A stretch of DNA of 64,000 bases from Myxococcales bacterium (GCA_050288705.1 JBNKEI010000191.1:1823-65822), one strand, 5' to 3'; counted from the first letter of the stretch, positions 51,389 through 60,947 are shown. The notes: generated by a model not told the origin, from the sequence alone. Translations and numbers: made by a program.

Positions 51389-52246
51389 ATGTTGGCTGAG
51401 CGAGTTAGGGAATTGAAATCACTAAAAATACTGACTAGGCAAGATTCCCACGAGCTGGAACGTTTCTTACAAAATCACTGCGAAACCTCGGTTAGATTAC
51501 TCGCTAGTGCTGCTGCGGCAGGATTAGAAGATAGCGGGGGAGAGCAGGAAGGAACTTATGCGGCACGTTGGGAAGGAAAGAGCATTGTTTCCCTGGCTGC
51601 GCACTATCAAAATGGCATAGTAGTGCTTCAAGCTCCTGAAGTTCCTGGAGATTTGGTTCGATTGGCGTCGCTTTCCTCTAAGAGATCGTTGGTGGGAATT
51701 CAGGGTCCTTGGTCGCAGGTGCAGCGCGCATTATATGAACTGAAAATTGGGACTGCTTCGTGGGTGACCACCAAGCCAGATATCGTCTTTGCTCTGGATT
51801 TAAACAAGCTGACTGTTCCTGCCATATTTCCCCAATGCCAAGTGAATTGCCGGCCTCTTCGAGAAGAGGATCGTGAGTTGATTGATCGGTGGCGAGCGGC
51901 CTGGAAAATGGAGTCTCGGCGACATCTCACCTGTACCCATCCAACTTCCTGGGTGCTGGAGTATCAGGGGGGGTTGGTTTCGCTGGTAGAATTGGGAGCA
52001 AGGCGGGCAAATGTAGTACAGTTGGAGGGGGTTTATACATCTCCCGAGCTGCGTTGTCGAGGGTGGGCGCGTGTTGCTATTGCCAATGTTTTGATGCTGG
52101 CGAAAGCTGAAGGGGTGCAAAAAGCAGTTTTTACGGTAGGGTCACAGATGGTGGCAGCGCACAGTCTGTGTAGAGCGCTAGGTTTTAAAGAAGTGGGTGA
52201 AGAAGGCGTGGTCCTCTTTGCTTCTGTCTCAGGATTAAGCGTATAA
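51389..52246 (+). CDS. GNAT-family acetyltransferase with N-terminal extension
   Basis: The C-terminal ~110 aa show a GNAT pattern (VYTSPELRCRGWARVAIANVLMLAKAEG). 285 aa. Confidence 0.55.
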   Translation: MLAERVRELKSLKILTRQDSHELERFLQNHCETSVRLLASAAAAGLEDSGGEQEGTYAARWEGKSIVSLAAHYQNGIVVLQAPEVPGDLVRLASLSSKRSLVGIQGPWSQVQRALYELKIGTASWVTTKPDIVFALDLNKLTVPAIFPQCQVNCRPLREEDRELIDRWRAAWKMESRRHLTCTHPTSWVLEYQGGLVSLVELGARRANVVQLEGVYTSPELRCRGWARVAIANVLMLAKAEGVQKAVFTVGSQMVAAHSLCRALGFKEVGEEGVVLFASVSGLSV

Positions 52247-52311
52247 TCAAAAAATGAGTAAAGTGTTTTTTTGGCGATAATCAAAGTATTTGGCGCGAGC
52301 AATTCATCAAT

Positions 52312-52779
52312 ATGAGCTGGCTACCTTTTCCTGATAGGCGGTCGGGTGCAGACAGGCGAGCCAAGCCCACATCGCCTTTTTCTTTGGCTAGTTTGCGCGG
52401 TTCTCGAAAGCGATCTCGCCGAAAAGAAGATCAGTATATTCATTTCTTTGTTGATCGTTATGGAAAAAGGTCGATTATAGTTATATTGATAACGTTGATT
52501 CTTTCTTTTGTCGACGCCTTTTTTACTCTAAATTTAGTTCGGGCGGGGGGAGAAGAACTGAATCCGGTAATGCTCTTTTTTTTACAATACGGGCCATTGC
52601 CTTTCTTGATTTCTAAATATGTATTCACTGCATTTGGAATAGTGGTATTAATAATGTTTAAAAACTATCCTATGTTCAAAGGAATCATGGTTAGAGATCT
52701 GTTGTTATTTGTTCCGATGTTTTATTTTTTATTAATTGCTTACGAAATCATATTGGTTATTCATTTTCCGGTTTTTTGA
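52312..52779 (+). CDS. DUF5658-like membrane protein with Arg-rich N-terminus
   Basis: PDRRSGADRR N-terminus. TM core with FVDAFFTLNLVRAGGEELNPVM as I recall for DUF5658. Confidence 0.45.
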   Translation: MSWLPFPDRRSGADRRAKPTSPFSLASLRGSRKRSRRKEDQYIHFFVDRYGKRSIIVILITLILSFVDAFFTLNLVRAGGEELNPVMLFFLQYGPLPFLISKYVFTAFGIVVLIMFKNYPMFKGIMVRDLLLFVPMFYFLLIAYEIILVIHFPVF

Positions 52780-52790
52780 ATTTCTAAAAA

Positions 52791-52896
52791 TAACTATTCA
52801 AACCCTATTCTTTCTTGACAATGAAAGGCTTGCAAAGAATCCGCTCAAGCCCGAGCTGTGGCCTGGTTTTCTAGAACTTCATACCTGCGGCGCATC
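52791..52896 (+). repeat. Diverged partial copy of the MITE-like element (left end only)
   Basis: It starts with taactattca and shares tttcttgaca, gcaa(a)gaatccg, ccgagct and cttcat..ctgcggc with 52970-53075. About 70% identity by eye. Confidence 0.6.
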
Positions 52897-52967
52897 GGTG
52901 TTCTGTTTGTAAGACCAATTTGAACGGGTATAAATACCCTGTCTAAGCTGCCTGATCGAAAGTTGGT

Positions 52968-53141
52968 TGTAACTATTCAGTACCCTTATTTCTTGATAAC
53001 GAAAAGCCGCAAGAAATCCGGTCAGGCCGAGCTTGTCGAGGTCCAAGGCTTCCTCGACTTCATGTCTGCGGCATTACGCTCGGAAAGACCGTGGTTTTCA
53101 ATTTTTGGTTACTCGCGAAGTGGTAGTTCTGAATAGTTACA
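52968..53141. mobile_element. MITE-like 174-bp element with 13-bp perfect terminal inverted repeats
   Basis: Left end tgtaactattcag (52968-52980). Right end ctgaatagttaca (53129-53141). Flanks are gttggt and gttggc. Internal 7-bp hairpin gtcgagg/cctcgac (53035-53058). No ORF. Confidence 0.4.
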
Positions 53142-53150
53142 GTTGGCTGC

Positions 53151-53166
53151 TGGCACTACTGTTGCT
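53151..53166 (+). promoter_or_regulatory. Consensus sigma-54 (-24/-12) promoter
   Basis: cTGGCACtactgTTGCt matches TGGCAC-N5-TTGCW exactly. It begins 9 nt after the right end of the MITE-like element. Confidence 0.5.
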
Positions 53167-54212
53167 TGAGCTCGGTAGCATTGGTTCTAAGCGACGTCCA
53201 AAGCTTTGATCGAGTGAGTTGCTTTCCGAAGCCATGGCGCATCTAACTCTCGTTCCCTGGGCAATTGCCGGTGTCTGGGAGAACATGAGGAGTCAAAACG
53301 GAGAGCGGCTAGGCGCAAAGTGGAAAAAGTATTATGCAGCAAAGCAGCCCTTTGGTGTCTTCAGTTTTGATATGAGCGTTCCGGGTAAGGTGTAAATGGC
53401 CTGTTGAGTTTAGTCGAACAAAGAAATATCCGAAGTTTTATTAAGGCTTTGCATTGCATTTGTGGAGGTAGAAGTGAAATGAGGTGATAAAATTTCGGCA
53501 AGCTGATTTGGAATAATGGGGAGCACGGTAACGTGGGCCTAATGCGTAGTTTTTTTTACACTGCTGCGTATAGTGCTACGCCGCTTTTAGACCGACGATT
53601 AGTGTTTTTGGTGTCAGGAATGAGGCGTTCAAAGCGGTAGATTTATAGGTTTTTTTCAATTCTTTTGTCAGATAACTTGACGTTTGCACCAAAAACCTGC
53701 TTGTATGTGCATTCAGTAGTGCAAATGGCGAGGTCGGTGATGAGTGATCTTAGTGATCTCATGGATGGCCTAATAGATGGCAAAGCCAATGAATGCCTCC
53801 AACCGCTTTTTTTTGACTATTTCGAAAAAATTTATAAAACCCAACAGTGTTTAGTGTTTTTTGTTGCTGATGGTCGAAGCCAGGTTTGATTGGTAGAAGA
53901 ACAGTTTTGTTAGTCTTGTTGCTGGTGATTTCTTTATGAAGAACAGGCATGATAAATAGCCAGAAATAATCGAGAAAGTTGGAGCTTGTGAATAAATATT
54001 GGCCGGTTTTTTATTGGCGGCTAAGTATTGTGCGCATGAAGTCTTCTTAAGCAAAGTATTTAATGCATGCGTTTCTTGGAGGTGTTAAAAAATTAATTTT
54101 AGAATCATGATGTAGAACAAAGGTCTTGTTTGTTTAGTAGATAGCGTTTTATTTCTTGACATAGTGTGGAATATCGTTCAAAAGAACGTGAAACCATCTA
54201 AGGAGATTGCAG

Positions 54213-55337
54213 ATGAGAAAAAGCATTAGATTTCTCGGAGTAATTGCAGCTTTGACATTTTTATCCTCGGTCGCTTTTGGTCAAGACGCGACTGTGCCCA
54301 CTTTTACTCCAAAAGGAAGTTTGCAGTACCGGGTTGGAGGTAAGAATGTTGATAAAGGTGGAAAAAAGACCGACCAGGCTGGTTTCGCTACTGATGGTGG
54401 TTTTAAAGTCGGTGGAAACGTATCAGCGGGAAATCTTACTGGTGCTTTCCAAATTGGTATTATTCAGCAACAGCCTACGCTCGGCGAGGCTAATTATGAC
54501 AAACCACTCCAAGTCGAAGAAGGATGGGTATCCTATAATTTTGGACCAGCTTCAGCCAGAGTAAACATGAAGGAAGCTGATACCGGCTATAATGCTGATT
54601 TGGCGAGTCGAGTTCCGCTCTCGATGTCAATGAAAGTGGACACCGAAGTTGGAGCCTATCTTATTTTGCAGAGCCCGAATGCACTGATCACTACTAAGGA
54701 AGCGGATAAAGATACCAAAAATACCGTAGTTCCGGTATTCGACCTCGGTTATGAAAATAAGACTTTGCTAGGCGACAAGCTAATTGTCAAAGGCGGTGTG
54801 GTTATTGATGCTGCTAATGAGGCCGATAGTTTTTCCGACAAATCAGAAGTCGGTTTCATGCCCTACGTAAGTGGTTCTTATAAAGTCACTGAGAGAATTG
54901 TTTTTTCCCTGGATGCGGATTTTGGTATCGGCATGAGCCGCATTACTCCGGTGCCGGTGCAGTATTTAGGACGGGAAGATGTCAAGAAAGCATTAGCAGA
55001 TAAGGCGGCAGCAGAGGCAGCAGGAGAACCAGCGTCTGAAATTGCTATGCCTGATCCTGACGAAGCTCCTCAATTCTGGGGAATTAAGTTTGGCGCTGAA
55101 ATCGGCATTACCGACCAATTCACTATCGACGGTCAGGTTCGTTATTATGACTTGACTACCAAAAAACTATATAAGGACGGCAATTCCAAATTGTATTTCA
55201 ACGCTAGTGCCAAATACGCTCTCGATAGCAACCTCTATTTCAAGGGCGGCATGTTTGATTACAACGCGGTCACGGTTGGTGATGCAGATGCCGATACTGA
55301 CGCTTTCTATGGTGTAGAAGTAGGATACAACTTCTAA
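54213..55337 (+). CDS. Outer-membrane beta-barrel porin-like protein
   Basis: Signal peptide MRKSIRFLGVIAALTFLSSVAFGQ, alternating beta-strand pattern, C-terminal YGVEVGYNF. AAGGAG lies 7 nt upstream of the ATG at 54213. Confidence 0.7.
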   Translation: MRKSIRFLGVIAALTFLSSVAFGQDATVPTFTPKGSLQYRVGGKNVDKGGKKTDQAGFATDGGFKVGGNVSAGNLTGAFQIGIIQQQPTLGEANYDKPLQVEEGWVSYNFGPASARVNMKEADTGYNADLASRVPLSMSMKVDTEVGAYLILQSPNALITTKEADKDTKNTVVPVFDLGYENKTLLGDKLIVKGGVVIDAANEADSFSDKSEVGFMPYVSGSYKVTERIVFSLDADFGIGMSRITPVPVQYLGREDVKKALADKAAAEAAGEPASEIAMPDPDEAPQFWGIKFGAEIGITDQFTIDGQVRYYDLTTKKLYKDGNSKLYFNASAKYALDSNLYFKGGMFDYNAVTVGDADADTDAFYGVEVGYNF

Positions 55338-55361
55338 TCATAGTAAAAAATGAAAGTTTGG

Positions 55362-55396
55362 AAAGGCGGAGCTTAGCTTCGCCTTTTTTATTTTTT
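55362..55396 (+). terminator. Rho-independent terminator
   Basis: aaaggcggagc-tta-gcttcgccttt (11-bp stem with one G:U pair) followed by tttatttttt. Confidence 0.8.
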
Positions 55397-55500
55397 AATG
55401 CGCTCATCACAACATTGCAGTAGCCAAGCATGATATGCATATGGGAAACTCGTTTCCTTCAAAACAGGGCGCTTGCAAGTTTTTGCTCGATGGGTGCTAC

Positions 55501-56097
55501 ATGAAATCGACGGTCTCGCATTCCTATGAAGGTATTTTTGTTGCCTTGCTACCGCAGCGCGGTTCCGAGCTGTTAGAGCTTTTGCGCGAGGTTTCCAAGC
55601 AGTTTCTAGGCGATCGTGACCCCCGTTCGTGGGTTTTGGAGTTAGGTCCTTTGCAGACACCCGCCGGGGCTATTGCTTTTCGACTAGTTTCCTCCCGCGA
55701 GGATTTCCCCTGGCGAGATGGTGCGGCGGCCGAGTTTTGTCGTCGGGTTAGTATGCTAGGGCCAGGACGATGTTGGGTTTTGGCGATAGAAAAAGGGCGG
55801 GGTGAGTTTGAAGGATGGTGCGAAGGCATGGTCTATGATCGAGGTGAGCGCAAAGATTACGAAGAATCTAACAATGGTTCTACTGATTTGCTTGCTTGGT
55901 TTGGAGAACAGCTTGCTCTCTCTGAAAACGAGGTGCTGGCCTTGTTCGAATCTTGTGACCAAACCGTGTCATTGACTGGGGGAGCAGGTCAATTTGAAGA
56001 CGAAATCGATTCGATTCTTGACCGTGCAAAGAGAGAGTTTCAAAAATACCGCGAGCTAAAACAAGCACGCGAGCGGGCGCGCATGCGTTCTTCGTGA
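55501..56097 (+). CDS. Hypothetical protein
   Basis: The ORF track begins at 55435. I prefer the ATG at 55501 because the upstream terminator ends at 55396. No family recognised. Confidence 0.4.
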   Translation: MKSTVSHSYEGIFVALLPQRGSELLELLREVSKQFLGDRDPRSWVLELGPLQTPAGAIAFRLVSSREDFPWRDGAAAEFCRRVSMLGPGRCWVLAIEKGRGEFEGWCEGMVYDRGERKDYEESNNGSTDLLAWFGEQLALSENEVLALFESCDQTVSLTGGAGQFEDEIDSILDRAKREFQKYRELKQARERARMRSS

Positions 56098-56120
56098 CGA
56101 ACCACCTTGCTTTTACTAGT

Positions 56121-57215
56121 TCAAAAAGAGACTTCTTCCCGAGAGGGCCTCCGACCATGCCATCTCATTAGCGAAACGCGGGCATCTCCGCGATCGGTAT
56201 AGCGAATCAGGGCATAGTGACGGGCAGTCCGTTGTCCTAGGTTTTCCATCGACAAGTTCACCATAGGCATCCACGTACCAGTGTTTACATAAATGCGTTC
56301 TCCTCGCCCATAAGTACGTACCATTTCAGTATGGGTGTGTCCCATAATAACGGCTCGCAAAGAGGGGTCGTTTTTAAAAAGTCGTTGAGCGGAGTTTTCG
56401 TGTTTCTCAAAAAAACTAAGCTCGTTTAGTAAAAATTTTCCTAATTTTTGAAAAGGCCGGCGCTGTCTCCAGACTGGGCTGGTTTGTGCACGCAAAAAAT
56501 AATAAGCAGAGTTAAATAAAGCTCGCATGGTAAAGCGCGTATCTACCAATAATCCTCCTGCAATAACCGGCCAAAAGGGCTTTACTCGATCTAAATAAGG
56601 TCGCTCTTCTTTGAATTTATTTAGTACTTGTAGAATAAACAAACTTCCCCATGGAAGGTTAAGAATTGGCTCTGAATTATTTTTATCTAAAACAAGCCTG
56701 CTAAAGTCAAAAGAATTCATGGCTTCAAATTGATGGCCATGATGTATTTCTACTCCGCCGTCTACACGGTAGCGATCTTTATCCACCACAAAATGAATCT
56801 GTTCGGGCGAAGCGTTTACTGCAACTGTCTGACAGAAAAAATTACGCACCGCTGGGAAAACAAATTCCATGTCATGATTTCCCGGAATATAAGTGATGCG
56901 TCGGTTGGGTTTGCGCAGAAAAGAGCGTAGGGCTTCTTTTACTTTGGGATGACCGCGCAAGCAAAGCTCAACTTTCAGCACCCCCATGTTTTCGGTAATT
57001 ACTTCGGGAAAGAGCCCATTGATGGGAACTTTAAGGAAATCAAAAAAGTCTCCATTTAGAATGAGCTCTAGATTATCTCCGGAGCTAGCAAACCGCGCCA
57101 GTAACTGCGCAAAACGGTCGTCATCGTTGAAGTCATCGAAAAAATTGGGGCGACCTTTGGAATGGCCAGTGCCAATGTGGAGGTCGCTCAAGATCATTTT
57201 ACTGCGCGATTGCAT
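56121..57215 (-). CDS. Calcineurin-like metallophosphoesterase
   Basis: SDLHIG, GDFFD, GNHD, HHGH and GHTH motifs in canonical order. Confidence 0.8.
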   Translation of the reverse strand: MQSRSKMILSDLHIGTGHSKGRPNFFDDFNDDDRFAQLLARFASSGDNLELILNGDFFDFLKVPINGLFPEVITENMGVLKVELCLRGHPKVKEALRSFLRKPNRRITYIPGNHDMEFVFPAVRNFFCQTVAVNASPEQIHFVVDKDRYRVDGGVEIHHGHQFEAMNSFDFSRLVLDKNNSEPILNLPWGSLFILQVLNKFKEERPYLDRVKPFWPVIAGGLLVDTRFTMRALFNSAYYFLRAQTSPVWRQRRPFQKLGKFLLNELSFFEKHENSAQRLFKNDPSLRAVIMGHTHTEMVRTYGRGERIYVNTGTWMPMVNLSMENLGQRTARHYALIRYTDRGDARVSLMRWHGRRPSREEVSF

Positions 57216-57548
57216 TGCAACACTTTAGCTGGTCTTATCAAATCCACACAATTGGTAAGCTCAGTTTTTTATAGAGCGCTTCCAATGATACAATTCTTAC
57301 ATGAAAATCGTAGCCTACTCTCTGCGCAATGAAATTGGTGATGCGCAGCAGTACTATCGGAAAGTAAGCGCTTTTGCCGACCAAGTACGAGCCGCAGGTA
57401 GCCAAGTGTAGTTTTTGGTAAGCCATTTCAAGCGTATGTCGTCTACCATGGTTTGGAAATCCCGCGTTCGAAGGAAGAATATTTTCTCGAACTATTGATG
57501 GCAGGTGTTCTCCGCAGCTTGAGCATATTCTTGACTAAAAATAGTTTT

Positions 57549-58532
57549 TTATTTTAATGAATTGAGTAAAGAAGTATCGACCATGGGATTAATATTAGTG
57601 GGAGGAATGAATCCTAATTCAGCGGCATGATCTGCAGCAATCTGAAGTTTATTACTCATAGGATCGATTATCCATTTTATTCTTGAAAAAGCATCAAGCA
57701 ATATATTCTCTTGAAGAGGTCTTCCAGTAATAGCTCCAAACGCCTGATTGGCTTTGCGCGCAAAGGCTCTAGGCTCTTTCTGAGCTTGGTTGGTCAAGTC
57801 TATATGCGCTTGCAGTATGGCTCGAATTTCTTCGCGGCGGTTCTGCAATGATTTTTCCGAAGCCGCCAAAACGGTGGTGGGAAACTCCTCGTTTTCCCAC
57901 AAATTTCGTTCGTCTATCATAATGTGGCCGCCTCCCTCGGCAATAAGCCTGGCACCCCAAGGCTCGGGAACCCAGGCTCCTTCCAACTCTTCGCGGATAA
58001 ATAGGGAAAGAATATCGGGGTTAGCAATGGGGGTAACCAGAACATCGCCTCCTCCTTGAATAGGAGCGGACATTCCTTGTGATTTCAACCAATAGCGGAG
58101 AGCAATATCTTGAGAATTTCCTAGTTGGGGGGTTGCTACTTTTTTCCCCAATAGATCGCGTGCCGATTGAGCCGTATGCGTTACCAGCATGGCGCCTCCC
58201 GAGGCCGAACCAGCAATTACTCTGATTATTTTAGACTTTACATAAGTTTGGATTGCCGGTCCGCTTCCTACATAGGTTACATCCAGTTCGCCAGACATAA
58301 GAGCCATCATGGCAGTGGGGCCGGCGTTAAATTTTTTTAGCTCAATTTTTTTTCCACCCAGAGCTTTGGCGAAGGTGGTTTGATCATAGCCAACTAAGGC
58401 TTGGGCGTGAGTTAGGTTTGGAAAAAAGCCTAGCCTAAACGGAGTAGTAGTTTGCTTCTTAGAACACCCTGCCAGGAACAATAGCATTGCCAAAACCAAC
58501 CCTTTTCTTGGCCGTCTTGGAACGCAAACCAT
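57549..58532 (-). CDS. ABC transporter substrate-binding lipoprotein (NMT1/SsuA/TauA-like)
   Basis: Lipobox LLFLAGC. FRLGFFPNLTHAQALVG and the overall nitrate/sulfonate/taurine SBP pattern. Confidence 0.75.
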   Translation of the reverse strand: MVCVPRRPRKGLVLAMLLFLAGCSKKQTTTPFRLGFFPNLTHAQALVGYDQTTFAKALGGKKIELKKFNAGPTAMMALMSGELDVTYVGSGPAIQTYVKSKIIRVIAGSASGGAMLVTHTAQSARDLLGKKVATPQLGNSQDIALRYWLKSQGMSAPIQGGGDVLVTPIANPDILSLFIREELEGAWVPEPWGARLIAEGGGHIMIDERNLWENEEFPTTVLAASEKSLQNRREEIRAILQAHIDLTNQAQKEPRAFARKANQAFGAITGRPLQENILLDAFSRIKWIIDPMSNKLQIAADHAAELGFIPPTNINPMVDTSLLNSLK

Positions 58533-58627
58533 GGATTCTCCCTAAAAAGTCGTGAAAGCTCTTTAAGAGAGAGCTGCCCATGCGATGACGATAGTGGGAG
58601 TCTAGTTCATAAGGATTTTTGGGGAAG

Positions 58628-59317
58628 TCATTGCGAATGCAGCTTTACTCCCTTGGCAGCAGTCGTTCGTTTATGCCGCCCAGAAAGCAATGCTGCGGCC
58701 ACCAAAAAAAACATGCCTAAAAACGCATAGGCAATTGCTGCAAGAGTACTGGGAAGAGAAAGACCGGGTAAAAGGCGAATGCCTAGCGCGCTAAGTGCAA
58801 AGAGCAGAAAAGAAGCAACAAGCCTAACTAATCTAGGCAATTTTAAACCCCATATCGCTCGCTTACGACTAGCAAAACCAGACTTCTTTTTGCTTGAACC
58901 ACTTGAGGCTGTTTTCTTGAGCCCCAAATGATTTCGACTCCATACTGCTTTTCGCGGAAAGGAAGTCCACTTTTCCGGGGTGCTAAATTGGCAATCAATA
59001 CAAATCTGCGAATTTGGACCACTAGAGTGCGTATGAGCAGATAGCTGAAAATCGACTTCTTCGGATGCAGAAACGAGGTGCAGTGAACGAAGGGACTCGT
59101 CTCGCTGCACCAGTGCTTTTAAAACCCCACGGCGATTCCCTAGCCGCATTGCCAGTTTAACTTGTCCGTTTTTCAAAAGCACTGCATGGTCAATTTCCGG
59201 AAAAAACTGACTCCATGTCTTGGTGTCCCGCAAAATCCGCCAGCACTTTTCTGACGAGAGCGGTAGAGAAACATGGCGAGTAGTCCTTGTGTGCATAGTA
59301 AATCCCCTATGAAACAC
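58628..59317 (-). CDS. Hypothetical protein (SRPBCC-like N-terminal domain, C-terminal TM helices)
   Basis: Weak by-eye resemblance only. The start may be the Met at 59296. Confidence 0.35.
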   Translation of the reverse strand: MFHRGFTMHTRTTRHVSLPLSSEKCWRILRDTKTWSQFFPEIDHAVLLKNGQVKLAMRLGNRRGVLKALVQRDESLRSLHLVSASEEVDFQLSAHTHSSGPNSQICIDCQFSTPEKWTSFPRKAVWSRNHLGLKKTASSGSSKKKSGFASRKRAIWGLKLPRLVRLVASFLLFALSALGIRLLPGLSLPSTLAAIAYAFLGMFFLVAAALLSGRHKRTTAAKGVKLHSQ

Positions 59318-59466
59318 TAGCAGGGTTTTGCAGATCGGGCACTCCCAAATAACGAAAAAAGTTCCGGGAGTTGACTGCTGGTTATGGCATGGATAGAAAT
59401 TCTGTTTGCCTAGCTTGAAACCTTTGCCTGTCTAGGTTTAGCATTCCAACTGTTGGCGAAAAACTC

Positions 59467-60186
59467 ATGCATTTAGCTCAAGAGAAAGAACTGCTTGCAA
59501 GAAATCTAGTACAAACCGCAAAATTGGCGGAAATAGGATTGGCTTTTGCCGAGGTTGTGCATGAGCTGCGCCAGCCTCTGGCTTCTATTAGTGGTTACGC
59601 TCAACTAATCGAGATTAGCGCTTTGCCTGCTGACGCTGCCAACCATTTAAAAGAAATACTGGAGCAATCAGCACGCATGGAATGCATGCTCGATCGACTA
59701 AGACGCTTTTTAAAGGTGGATAACCAGGAAGATTTAGTAGCCGATGTGAGATCAGCCGTTCAGGGAACAATATCGCTTTTCCCTAGTATGCCGCCGGGTG
59801 TTTCTTTAGAAACCGAGATTAGTTCCTCTTTACCCTCGGTTATTGGTTCTTACCACTCTTTAGTCCAAATTCTTACCAACTTGCTTACCAATGCTCGAGA
59901 CGCCCAAGCTAATTTCGGTCCAGGGATTATCCGCATTCAGGCGCAATGGAGCGGTCAGCAGGTGTCTATATTGGTCGCAGATCAAGGCGCGGGAGTTGAT
60001 CCTACTATAGTAACGCAGCTGTTCCAGCCTTTTGTTTCTACCAAAGGGGAAAGAGGTACTGGTTTAGGGCTTTATATAAGCCGGGAAATTGTTTCTGGCT
60101 GGAAGGGGACGTTACGTCTGGTAGAAAATCCGCCTGCTTTGTTTCGTACTGCATTTGAGCTTGGTCTTCAGCCAGTGGCGAAATAA
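59467..60186 (+). CDS. Soluble histidine kinase core (HisKA + HATPase)
   Basis: H-box VVHELRQPLASISGY, N-box LLTNARDA, DQGAGV, GTGLGLYI. No sensor domain and no adjacent response regulator. Confidence 0.8.
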   Translation: MHLAQEKELLARNLVQTAKLAEIGLAFAEVVHELRQPLASISGYAQLIEISALPADAANHLKEILEQSARMECMLDRLRRFLKVDNQEDLVADVRSAVQGTISLFPSMPPGVSLETEISSSLPSVIGSYHSLVQILTNLLTNARDAQANFGPGIIRIQAQWSGQQVSILVADQGAGVDPTIVTQLFQPFVSTKGERGTGLGLYISREIVSGWKGTLRLVENPPALFRTAFELGLQPVAK

Positions 60187-60279
60187 GTTATGCAGCTGTC
60201 TAACAAATACCTGCAGGTGTAACCTTGCCTCCCTTGATTTGACTACTATTTGACGACCATAGCGTGCTAAATAGCTACT

Positions 60280-60924
60280 ATGAATTATTTGAATTTAATA
60301 GTTCTGGCGTTGGCAGTCTTTATTTTGTGGAGACATCTTCCTGCGGCTCTTCTTTTTTTGTTTCCTAAATGGATGCGTATTATTGCGGCAAAAGGCAGCG
60401 ATCCTGAAGTTGATTCCAATCTTTTTGATCAGATGGAACGTGAGCTTGCACCGCTAGGGTTTACGCGTTTGGGTGTTTATTGGGAAAAGGGACCTTTGCA
60501 AAGAAGAAAGTTGGTCTACAATTTCGTGAATGATGCGATTCCGGCATGGGCATCAGCTCAAATAATTAACCAAGAAGCCAGGCTTTGTTTGTTGACTAGT
60601 TTTGACGGAGGTGGCTTGGTGCTAACTTGCGACCATCGAAGGATCAATGTGAATCGTCCGCAAGACTGCTTAGTAGGAGGATTACCTGAGGCTGAGCCAC
60701 GATTGCTGGTTAACATTCACTCACGGCGAATCCAAACTATCCTTGCTTCAGGAAAAGTTGTTAGTAGGGACTTGGATATGGTTTCTCGGGTGCGCAGGGC
60801 AAAGGAATGGTATTCAAATTACGGTGCACGGGAGCTGCGTTTAAGCGGTTTTAATGCTTTCCTATGGTCTTTTGCAGTTCTAATTAGTGTTATTTTGACT
60901 ATTCGGCAATTCCTTAAGTCTTAG
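60280..60924 (+). CDS. Hypothetical membrane protein
   Basis: TM helices at both termini. No family recognised. Confidence 0.4.
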   Translation: MNYLNLIVLALAVFILWRHLPAALLFLFPKWMRIIAAKGSDPEVDSNLFDQMERELAPLGFTRLGVYWEKGPLQRRKLVYNFVNDAIPAWASAQIINQEARLCLLTSFDGGGLVLTCDHRRINVNRPQDCLVGGLPEAEPRLLVNIHSRRIQTILASGKVVSRDLDMVSRVRRAKEWYSNYGARELRLSGFNAFLWSFAVLISVILTIRQFLKS

Positions 60925-60947
60925 ATGAGCAATTCGTAAACTTAGTT

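Noticed and set aside
52814-52819. Reading the recurring TTATTTCTTGAYA box (also at 52992, 54156 and 50685-50690 on the minus strand) as a sigma-70 -35 element
   Set aside because: No conserved A/T-rich -10 hexamer is present 16-18 nt downstream in any of the four copies (aatccg, atccgg, ttcgac, caaaag). I report the box only as a repeat, not as a promoter.
57461-57480. T-loop-like string cccgcgttcgaagg, suggesting a tRNA or tRNA fragment
   Set aside because: No acceptor, D or anticodon arms can be folded around it.
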